Shown here piece after piece: positions 17,312 to 25,286 of a stretch of 58,111 nt of DNA. This stretch comes from Pseudomonadota bacterium. GTDB lineage: Bacteria; Bdellovibrionota_C; UBA2361; OMII01. The stretch lies in the NCBI GenBank assembly GCA_038134595.1, contig JAYPVM010000009.1, forward strand, positions 1-58,111, written 5' to 3'. The notes under the pieces were generated by a model. It was not told the DNA's origin, did not search any database, and was given only the letters and a program-made list of their open reading frames with translations. How positions within the stretch are numbered: position 1 is the stretch's first letter; each line of letters begins with the position of its first letter. The position numbers were made by a program, and so were the translations under genes.

Positions 17312-18120
17312 TGACAAGATTCGGCATCTTAAGATTTATAATTGTGAGCGCACTGTTTATCGTAAGCACTGGCACACTAGCTTCCACTGCACGTGCACGC
17401 GACGTTGAGTATTCGGCAGGAAATGGTGAAATACCGGTGTGGGTGAATGAGGGCGAACCAACAGAGATCATATTTGAAGGTGGTCGGATAAAGGACGGAT
17501 TTAAAAACTCAAAAGCTGGCCTCGCTCTCGAACGAAAAGGTTCATCTCTGATAATATTTGGAAAAGCCAATCTTAACAAAGATGCAGGAGAAGCCCTCCT
17601 TGTTCGCTTAGAGAACGGGCAAAGCTACCCAATACGCATTCGTCTTGCCACCTCCGACAACCCGAGGGATGCGCAGGTTGTAGTCGGAGACGGAAAGGGA
17701 GCGATGGGCGCTGAAGAGGAGGCTCCGCCGCCTTATGAAGAGAGAAATTACGATTATGCGCCAGCAAGTAAGGTTTCGGGTTTGATGCGAGAGATGGCAT
17801 TAGTAGCCGAGTTTGGCAAATCGACTATTCCAGGCTACCAGGTCAGTAATAAGTTTACCGGACAAACAGTAATAAGTGACGGCAGTCTCTTGGCTACGAT
17901 TGATCGTATATTTATTGGAGCAAACCTCTGGGGATATGTCCTAGACGCTTCAAACCTATTGGATCAATCCCAGAGATTAAACCCGGCTACCTTTCGAATA
18001 GACGGGACTCGAGCGATATCAGCTTCTCGCTGGGAGCTTAGTGCACGCCCCATGACCGTCGAGCATCAGGTAGCTGGCGCTCACAACGCTAAAGTTTATA
18101 TCGTTACGCGAGCAAGATAG
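17308..18120 (+). CDS. traK: TraK-like core complex protein (VirB9 equivalent)
   Basis: Signal peptide; VNEGEPTEIIFEGGRI; C-terminal RLNPATFRIDGTRAISASRWEL...AKVYIV typical of TraK. Confidence 0.75.
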   Translation: MMTRFGILRFIIVSALFIVSTGTLASTARARDVEYSAGNGEIPVWVNEGEPTEIIFEGGRIKDGFKNSKAGLALERKGSSLIIFGKANLNKDAGEALLVRLENGQSYPIRIRLATSDNPRDAQVVVGDGKGAMGAEEEAPPPYEERNYDYAPASKVSGLMREMALVAEFGKSTIPGYQVSNKFTGQTVISDGSLLATIDRIFIGANLWGYVLDASNLLDQSQRLNPATFRIDGTRAISASRWELSARPMTVEHQVAGAHNAKVYIVTRAR

Positions 18121-18128
18121 GAAAAGCT

Positions 18129-19301
18129 ATGAGTCAGGCATTAAAGGATATCGGACTACGGCTTAAGAGCGACAGAAAGACGCAAGTCATCGCGCTTATA
18201 TCGGTTGGCACTATCCTTTTTCTAGCTCTAAGTGATGGACCAAGCAATCGAAGACGGAGAACTTCAAAGCCAAAGCCAGAAGTTTCAGTAGGTGCAAACG
18301 ATCCTAACGAGCGATGGCGCGATCTTGTAGAGCGCTTTAACGGACAGCTTAACACCCTCACAACAACCACAAACACCCTTCAAGAGGAGGTCTCGAGCCA
18401 GAAGAAGGCTCTCCAGGAATACGAAGCAACCACAGCAGAGATCTTTAAAAAGATACTTGAGCGCTTAGCTACCATACAGGATACAAACAACAGTCCAGTG
18501 GTTACCAACAGCGGTCCAACTCAAATGGGAGACCTAGCAAGTCCAGATATCATTCAAACCGACCCAGAGGAACTCGAATCTATTGGTGGAGATGACCCTA
18601 TAGCCATTCAACCACCGCCACAACCGAAAGAAGCACGACTAGCTGCTATCATGCCTGGCGATTCTGTACGAGTTAAACTTCTAGCTGGCGTGAACGCCCC
18701 GACCGATGGCACACCTTTTCCACTCGTCCTAAAGCTCATTGGAAATGTTATAGGACCTGATGGAAACAGCATCCCCCTTGGCGAAGCTCGCTTGCTTGCA
18801 GCAGCTCAAGGGTCTCTTACCGATTCGCGAGTGTTAATGAGAATCACCCGTCTCAGTGTTCGGTTACCTAATGGACGTCGGAAAGAATTCCCAGCCGATG
18901 GCTGGGTTGTTGGAGAGGATGGCTTACGCGGAATGGAGGGAATCCTAATAGACCCAATAGGTAAAGCTATAGCTGGCCAAGGCTTTGCCGGCGCAATCGG
19001 TGGGGTCGGTGAAGGGATAGCAGCAGCGAACACTAATATACAGACGTTCGGAGCTACTGGGAGTCAGAGTCGAACTGTGGACCGTGGTAAAATCCCTGAA
19101 TATGCGGTGGGTGAAGGATTAGCAGGAGCAGCAAGTGAATGGCAAAAAATAATAACCAAGCGGCTCGATGCTCTTGTTCCTGTCGTACAGGTACTATCAG
19201 GACGGGAAGCCACCGTCGTGTTTTCTCAATCTCTTGCGATACCCGATCTGCTAGAGCAAGTTGATGAAGACCCTTCAGTGGCTTTTACGACATTGGATTA
19301 G
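18129..19301 (+). CDS. traB: TraB (VirB10-like) core complex protein
   Basis: TM anchor, coiled coil and Pro-rich linker; PGDSVRVKLLAGVNAPT, GSLTDSRVLMRITRLS, GWVVGEDGLRGMEG and PVVQVLSGREATVVF motifs. Confidence 0.9.
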   Translation: MSQALKDIGLRLKSDRKTQVIALISVGTILFLALSDGPSNRRRRTSKPKPEVSVGANDPNERWRDLVERFNGQLNTLTTTTNTLQEEVSSQKKALQEYEATTAEIFKKILERLATIQDTNNSPVVTNSGPTQMGDLASPDIIQTDPEELESIGGDDPIAIQPPPQPKEARLAAIMPGDSVRVKLLAGVNAPTDGTPFPLVLKLIGNVIGPDGNSIPLGEARLLAAAQGSLTDSRVLMRITRLSVRLPNGRRKEFPADGWVVGEDGLRGMEGILIDPIGKAIAGQGFAGAIGGVGEGIAAANTNIQTFGATGSQSRTVDRGKIPEYAVGEGLAGAASEWQKIITKRLDALVPVVQVLSGREATVVFSQSLAIPDLLEQVDEDPSVAFTTLD

Positions 19302-19311
19302 GAATGCGCAT

Positions 19312-19755
19312 ATGAAACACTTTGTTTTACCAATCTTACTAACGTCTCTCACCCTAGCTGGGTGCTCTCGAATTGGAAATGTTTTTAACCCATTCTACGA
19401 ACCCCCCTCTCCCAGGGCCTTATTAGGGGAGCGCTCAGACGCTGCGTTGACCGAGGAGGGTTCCGGTGGAAAGGGGGCTAAAGCAAGGGAGGCCCTCGAA
19501 GCTATGGCTTCCTATCAACGTGCATCTGCGCCTCAACCGGTCAATCCAGTTATTCAACCGGCCGTTGTCCGACTAATGTGGATTCCAGATCACTTAAACT
19601 CCCACGGGGATCTCGTGCCTGCGCACTATTATTACCTCAAGGTAAAACGGGATTCCTGGGCGGTTACCGACGCCTTTGAGTTAGAATCTCAACTGGGAGC
19701 AAGCACTGGAAACGCATCGTCTATAGGTTTTGTAAATCCAGAGGATATTAGATGA
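19312..19755 (+). CDS. traV: TraV lipoprotein
   Basis: Lipobox LAGC after ATG 19312; PAVVRLMWIPDHLNSHGDLVPAHYYYLKVKRDSW is the TraV core pattern. Confidence 0.8.
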   Translation: MKHFVLPILLTSLTLAGCSRIGNVFNPFYEPPSPRALLGERSDAALTEEGSGGKGAKAREALEAMASYQRASAPQPVNPVIQPAVVRLMWIPDHLNSHGDLVPAHYYYLKVKRDSWAVTDAFELESQLGASTGNASSIGFVNPEDIR

Positions 19756-20252
19756 TTCGGAGTATTTTTGCAGTGGTGACAGCCTGTTTAATTCTACCTA
19801 CTCTCTCCGCATGTAGTCTACACGCTACGACCGAACCTAATGAGGAACTAAGACTCTATGAAACAAAACTAACAAAACTCCCCCCTCCTCCAACATATTC
19901 AAGGACACGTTGGGTTCGACCCCCTGAGATACTCCCTCAACGGGATTTACCGGGAAGGGAACGTAAGGAAGTGCGACAGGCACCATCTGTTCGACCGATT
20001 TTTAGCCTCTCGCTAAAAAAGGTTTCATTGAGCGAGGCGGCTAGAGTTTTAGCGGCGACTGCTCGGTATTCCAGCTATACCGCGACATCCATATCGAAGC
20101 AAAAAGTTACCATTCAGGATATCGGCACTATCGACGAGTTGGCTGATAAAATTGCTGCAATCGCCGAGATCCATGTTGTAGTCGATCATGAGCATAAGGA
20201 GGTACGTTTTCTAGAAGCGCACGCGCAGGCGCCTCGGTTTTACAATGAGTAG
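19752..20252 (+). CDS. Lipoprotein with secretin-N0/STN-like domain (DotD-like or Xanthomonas VirB7-like)
   Basis: Lipobox LSAC; Pro-rich linker; C-terminal SLSLKKVSLSEAARVLAATARY...KVTI...TIDELADKIAAIAEIHVVVD...VRF. Confidence 0.55.
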   Translation: MIRSIFAVVTACLILPTLSACSLHATTEPNEELRLYETKLTKLPPPPTYSRTRWVRPPEILPQRDLPGRERKEVRQAPSVRPIFSLSLKKVSLSEAARVLAATARYSSYTATSISKQKVTIQDIGTIDELADKIAAIAEIHVVVDHEHKEVRFLEAHAQAPRFYNE

Positions 20253-20259
20253 GTTTTAG

Positions 20260-22998
20260 ATGAGTATAAATAGACTAACCAGACAACGACTCTATCAGGA
20301 CGAAGAGCTTTTTAATAAGCTGCTTCCCTTCGCTCGATATGACGACGACAATCAATTCTTCATTCACGCTGACGCATCATTGTGGCAGATATTCGAACTA
20401 CAGCCAAAGTGGATAACGCAAGTGTCTGACGTCGAGGCATTTCAGTTATGCGAAAGAGTTCAGGAAATGATGGACGCGATGGATCACACTCTATCTGCTC
20501 AGTTTTGCTGGGTCACCACCTTTGATGTCGAGGACTTACTTCAGGATAGCCTCAATCGATATCCACTAACGGGTCCCGCTGGATGGATGGCTCGTCGCTG
20601 GGTCCGTTCGATCAGATTGGCCAGTCAAAGCAAGTCACTGCATCGTCGGCCGAGAAAATTAAGGTTATTTGCCTGTTTTCGCTACGACCCGCCATGGGAG
20701 GGTAAAGGGCTCTCCCAGCAGCTTGCGAGAACCATGAAGATGTTCTTCTACGGAGCAGTGGGGCTGAGCGCAGAACAGCGCTATACCGAATATATGGGAT
20801 TTGCGAATAAGTTTAAGGGAATCATGGACGGCACTGCGGCAAAGCTAGCTGATATGGGTTTCTATCCACGCAGACTCGATGGTCAGGGACTTATTAACCT
20901 GCTCTATCCAATTTTAAACCGGCGAAGCGTTAAGCCAGGTAAACACCGCCGAGGACGAGGCACCGCCGTTCCCGTACCCGAATACGACCCGGATGACCTA
21001 CTTGCAAATCAAGTATCAGAGACACACGTTGAACACCCAGAGGATGGTATCATTAAAAAAGATGGTCGAATCTTCCGCTCAGTTTCAATGGTCAAGCCAC
21101 CAAAGACCTGCCTTCCGCTTATGATCGCTCCACTACAGAGTACCCCGTACGAGAATATACTAAGTGTAACGTTCTCAAAGACACCAAAGGAAGCTCAATT
21201 AGAGCGACTCGATAAACTTGATAGCACCCTAGGAATGCGAGAGCGGGGTTGGGGTGGACGGTCAAATCAAAAAGTACGACACCAAATCTCGGCTATCAGA
21301 AGCGCACGAGAAGAACTCTATAATTCTAGAGAGCAAATTGTCGATGTCGGAGTTCATCAAACCTTTATATGCCAAACACCAGATGAGGCCATCCGTGCAA
21401 CATCAGAGGCTATAGCCGCATTTCCTCAGCTAAACGGTGCCCGTGGGATGGTTCATGAAATCTCGGACATGGCTGTTCTCATCAATTCCCTGCCAGGTGC
21501 TTACGATCCACAGACCGATGGCGCTGGATGGACGAATACCATTCAAAGCTCTCGTGCTGTTAGAATGTTTCCACTGTGGGGCAACTGGCGGGGTAGTGCC
21601 GGTAGTCAAATCCTCTTGCCAAGTCTCTGGAACCGCGAACTGGTCGGATTCGACCTGTACGATTCAAATATCGCACCAAACGTCCTTATCAGCGGGGTAT
21701 CTGGTGCAGGTAAGAGTTATCTTATGTGCTATCTAATTACAATGCTTAATAGAGGGCACTACTCTACTCTCACCGACGGTAGAATCGTTGAGCGTAACCC
21801 CATCACGTTTATCTTCGACAAAGGAATGGTCGGCCAGCCCTGTGGATTTGAAAAGGTGGCAAAGCTTTTTGGTGGGAGGATATACGAGGCAACGCCATCT
21901 CGCGCGCCAGCTATGAACTTTTTAGGCCGCCTTGGAGAGATACCACCGGACAACCAAAACGACGACTATAAGGATCTAGTTGACCTCTGTGCTGACGTCA
22001 TATGTGACATGGCAACAGACGGGAACACCACACCCGACAGACTTGAAAGAGGAAGTGTCGGAGAATCACTTATTGAGGCTCATCGCATATACCGTTCGGG
22101 ACCTATGCGCAGAGAGTTCATTCTTAGTGATGTAGTCTCAGTTCTTCGCGCACCAAAGCGCGTTGACGAGACAGATGATGCGGCTCGTCGTCGGCAGAGA
22201 ATATCATTGCTCATCGCGGACTACTACGGTGAAGGAACCTATGCGCGTTTCTTTGATCGACCCGGCTCATTGAAACTCAAGGAGCGATTTATTGTATTTG
22301 ACTTAAAAGCTCTCAGTCGGAATCCCGATTTGCAACGAGTATTTCTCAAAATTGCTATGGTGTGGGCCGATACGGTCATGAACGATCCTAAAGAGCTCGA
22401 CACCCGTAAGGTTCTCGTCTTTGATGAGGCTCACGAATTAATCGGAAAGACTCAGTCGGGCACGATTGAAACCGCGTTTAGACTGTACCGAAAGAGAAAA
22501 GGAATAGTAATTGCGGCTTCACAATCAGGAGAGGATTTCTATGCCGGCTCGGGTGGACAAGCTATCGTGCAGAACAGTGCGCACAAAATATTCCTCAGGC
22601 AGGACCCCAATAAATTCCACCTTACAGCCGAAGCCTTTAATTTAACCCCACAACAGGCCGACGTAATAATGCGACTCAGAACCGTTAAAGGGGTCGAATC
22701 CCAATTTTACCTTCTCTCAGACATAGGCGAAGGGGCATTAGTCCTACCGGTAGAACCAGCCTTTTATTGGGTAAGTACAAATAATGGTGATGACAATCAA
22801 TTATTTGCCGATATGTTAACCCGCCATAATGACGATTTTTCCAAGGCCCTCGAAGAAGTAGTAATGCTTGCGCCGCACGGCGCCAAGGACCTTCAAGCCA
22901 GGATGATGGGTGGAAATATCGACCATAACGAACATATGGGAGTTGATGGCGCTGTGAGTGCAATAATGGATTCTGGGTTTAGAGATTCTGGAGCATAA
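20260..22998 (+). CDS. traC: TraC/VirB4 ATPase
   Basis: LLPFARYD start; GFDLYDS; NVLISGVSGAGKS (Walker A); FIFDKG; YARFFD; VFDLKAL; VFDEAH (Walker B); RLYRKRKG...ASQS; NSAHKIFLRQ. Confidence 0.92.
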   Translation: MSINRLTRQRLYQDEELFNKLLPFARYDDDNQFFIHADASLWQIFELQPKWITQVSDVEAFQLCERVQEMMDAMDHTLSAQFCWVTTFDVEDLLQDSLNRYPLTGPAGWMARRWVRSIRLASQSKSLHRRPRKLRLFACFRYDPPWEGKGLSQQLARTMKMFFYGAVGLSAEQRYTEYMGFANKFKGIMDGTAAKLADMGFYPRRLDGQGLINLLYPILNRRSVKPGKHRRGRGTAVPVPEYDPDDLLANQVSETHVEHPEDGIIKKDGRIFRSVSMVKPPKTCLPLMIAPLQSTPYENILSVTFSKTPKEAQLERLDKLDSTLGMRERGWGGRSNQKVRHQISAIRSAREELYNSREQIVDVGVHQTFICQTPDEAIRATSEAIAAFPQLNGARGMVHEISDMAVLINSLPGAYDPQTDGAGWTNTIQSSRAVRMFPLWGNWRGSAGSQILLPSLWNRELVGFDLYDSNIAPNVLISGVSGAGKSYLMCYLITMLNRGHYSTLTDGRIVERNPITFIFDKGMVGQPCGFEKVAKLFGGRIYEATPSRAPAMNFLGRLGEIPPDNQNDDYKDLVDLCADVICDMATDGNTTPDRLERGSVGESLIEAHRIYRSGPMRREFILSDVVSVLRAPKRVDETDDAARRRQRISLLIADYYGEGTYARFFDRPGSLKLKERFIVFDLKALSRNPDLQRVFLKIAMVWADTVMNDPKELDTRKVLVFDEAHELIGKTQSGTIETAFRLYRKRKGIVIAASQSGEDFYAGSGGQAIVQNSAHKIFLRQDPNKFHLTAEAFNLTPQQADVIMRLRTVKGVESQFYLLSDIGEGALVLPVEPAFYWVSTNNGDDNQLFADMLTRHNDDFSKALEEVVMLAPHGAKDLQARMMGGNIDHNEHMGVDGAVSAIMDSGFRDSGA

Positions 22999-23013
22999 CA
23001 AGGAGATGAAATA

Positions 23014-23280
23014 ATGAGGTGCAAATTAGGATTGGTAGTAGTATTGTTGAGTTCCGGATGCTTTTCGGCTGAGCCTGAGATAACGCCCGAGCGTGTTGTG
23101 GAATATCGCGTTCAGGAAGTTCCCGGTGCCGTTGAATACGTATGGGAAGAGCCAATGGTAGACGTTGTTGATGTCCCACCGGGTCTAGATCCTGAAGGCC
23201 ACTACTATCGGCCAGGGCACCAAGAAGTTGTAGAGATACGACAGGGGCGTTGGAAATATCAAAAACGCAAAAAACAGTAG
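23014..23280 (+). CDS. Small lipoprotein, second TraV-like core
   Basis: Lipobox-like LSSGC; EPMVDVVDVPPGLDPEGHYYRPGHQEVVEIRQGRW parallels the TraV core; AGGAG RBS. Confidence 0.6.
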   Translation: MRCKLGLVVVLLSSGCFSAEPEITPERVVEYRVQEVPGAVEYVWEEPMVDVVDVPPGLDPEGHYYRPGHQEVVEIRQGRWKYQKRKKQ

Positions 23281-23301
23281 AGTAATCACTAGCTAATTGT
23301 C

Positions 23302-23679
23302 ATGAGTCTCATTAACATCCGACACTTGTCTGCCCCCCTCCGCAGTAAATTCCAGATAGGCGCGGTAGTTATTCTGGCACTCCTTGTACTCATGATCCGG
23401 TGGAGCAGCTCCGGTTCCCTGGAAAATTCCGCTCCGTACAAAGCAAGCGTTCGGAAAGAGCGTACAGAGAGAAATCAAGCCCTACTAAATTTTCTAAAGG
23501 AATCTGCTACCACCTCCCCTACGGGTGCGAAACCTTCGAATTTAGAGCATACAGATCCCTTGATAGACGACATAGTTACAGGCCAGTACGAGCGGCAATT
23601 ATTGGCGGAAAAAGAACGTGAAACGCGCTCAAATAGCGATTCTTTTAGTGATATACGAAAATCTCTTGGACTGAACTAA
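23302..23679 (+). CDS. Bitopic membrane hypothetical protein in the tra operon
   Basis: One N-terminal TM segment (IGAVVILALLVLMI); 21 bp after the previous gene. Confidence 0.65.
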   Translation: MSLINIRHLSAPLRSKFQIGAVVILALLVLMIRWSSSGSLENSAPYKASVRKERTERNQALLNFLKESATTSPTGAKPSNLEHTDPLIDDIVTGQYERQLLAEKERETRSNSDSFSDIRKSLGLN

Positions 23680-23833
23680 TCCTAACAGCTTAGAATCTTT
23701 ACGTAAAAATTCCATATCTCGTGCTTTTTTTGTGAAGCAATGGTTCATCAATGGTAGATATGTGTTTATTAGAGACACAACGATTGGCAACGGTGCGAAT
23801 CGGTCATTCTAAGATCATTAACGAGAGCCCACG

Positions 23834-24763
23834 ATGAACAAAAAGATTCCAAGCTACCACGCATACCTTCTGAACTCCGCAGCTAGCATGCTCGTGTTAC
23901 TAGGCAGTGGCTCATATCCGTACTCTGCTGTGGCGCAGACTTCCAATGCTATGTTTGCACAGGGGACATCTATGGATGCGTTCAATCGGGCTGGCGAGGC
24001 ACTCCGACGTGGCCTTACAAAGGCTAAGGCAAGCGAGGACTTAAGCAAAGAGAGCGTGGTTAAGACAAAGCCAACTAATCCGCAACTAGCAAAGAAATCT
24101 TTACCAAATCCCCTTTCGCAACTAACCTCGTATGCTCCTCCAACGAAAAAAGAGCAGAAAGAGAGAAGACCATCGACCTCCGCTAATAAATTACACGGTC
24201 GCGCTATTAAGTCTTCTTCCCCTACTTCACAAAAGCCCTCTTCGAAAACGAGCAAGAACAACACCTCAAAAGACAGCGAGATAAAGCGACTTCAAGCCGA
24301 GCTGTCCCAGCTAAAACAGGACCTTGCCGTAGCTGAACTTGAAGTTTCACGACTATCAGATATTGTACAGTCAAAATCATTTTCAACATTGAAAGGACAT
24401 CCTTCCAATACCCGAGCAATGACGCCGAAAGTTTCAAGTAAAACTAGGGCCTCAAATTTTGTTCGTCCCGCACATGCAACTATCACTAGAAGCGCACCGG
24501 TAGTTGATATGCAGGTAGCTACCATCTCGTCCACTAAAGCACATTTAAGACTCGGCCCAAGCACTGAACACTCTAGGCTTATGACATTACGAAAAGGATC
24601 CCGCCTAGCCGTTGAAACTCGCCAGGGGGAATGGTACCGGGTGTTTGCTCCAAACGGTCAACGGGCCTGGATTCATGGATCGCTAGTTTCCTTCGGCAAC
24701 GGTTCTCAAACTCTAAATGATGGCAGCGCAGTCACCACGCGAGGTTACAATGAGAAGAAGTAA
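23834..24763 (+). CDS. Exported coiled-coil protein with C-terminal SH3b domain
   Basis: Signal peptide; K/S/P-rich linker; coiled coil EIKRLQAELSQLKQDL; SH3b AHLRLGPSTEHSRLMTLRKG...GEWYRV...RAWIHG. Confidence 0.8.
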   Translation: MNKKIPSYHAYLLNSAASMLVLLGSGSYPYSAVAQTSNAMFAQGTSMDAFNRAGEALRRGLTKAKASEDLSKESVVKTKPTNPQLAKKSLPNPLSQLTSYAPPTKKEQKERRPSTSANKLHGRAIKSSSPTSQKPSSKTSKNNTSKDSEIKRLQAELSQLKQDLAVAELEVSRLSDIVQSKSFSTLKGHPSNTRAMTPKVSSKTRASNFVRPAHATITRSAPVVDMQVATISSTKAHLRLGPSTEHSRLMTLRKGSRLAVETRQGEWYRVFAPNGQRAWIHGSLVSFGNGSQTLNDGSAVTTRGYNEKK

Positions 24764-25271
24764 TTTTCGCAAATTAGTCCTTAGCGTTCTCATCGCAAGT
24801 ATCTCGGTACAACTGTGCACTGGATCGGCGGAGGCGCAAAGCATTACAACAGTATCCTTTACCACCGGAAGTAAGAATCTTGTGTATCCAATACAAGGGG
24901 CAAGAACATCAAGCCGATATGGAATGAGAAAACATCCTATCAAGAAGCGACGAATCCACCATCACGGCATTGACTTAGCTGCACCCAAAAGCACAGCTAT
25001 TCGGTCTATTTCCGATGGGGTAGTGATTTACGCCGACCCACACGGTGGATATGGAAACTTTGTCGCAGTCAAGCATTCCAATGGAATTACAAGCCACTAC
25101 GGTCATTGCCAAAGCATTAAAGTCCGTGTTGGACAGCGCCTAAGAGCCGGGCACATTGTAGCTACTGTTGGAAGTACGGGTCATTCAACTGGCCCCCACC
25201 TGCACTTTGAGATAAGGCGAAATGGCAAGCCATTAAATCCCGAATTGATATTCCCAGACCTCGAGAACTGA
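24750..25271 (+). CDS. M23 family metallopeptidase (peptidoglycan endopeptidase)
   Basis: Signal peptide; intact HHGID (HxxxD) and STGPHLHFEIR (HxH); GGYGNFV. ATG 24750 overlaps the SH3b gene end. Confidence 0.92.
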   Translation: MRRSNFRKLVLSVLIASISVQLCTGSAEAQSITTVSFTTGSKNLVYPIQGARTSSRYGMRKHPIKKRRIHHHGIDLAAPKSTAIRSISDGVVIYADPHGGYGNFVAVKHSNGITSHYGHCQSIKVRVGQRLRAGHIVATVGSTGHSTGPHLHFEIRRNGKPLNPELIFPDLEN

Positions 25272-25286
25272 TTCGACGCGCGGCCG

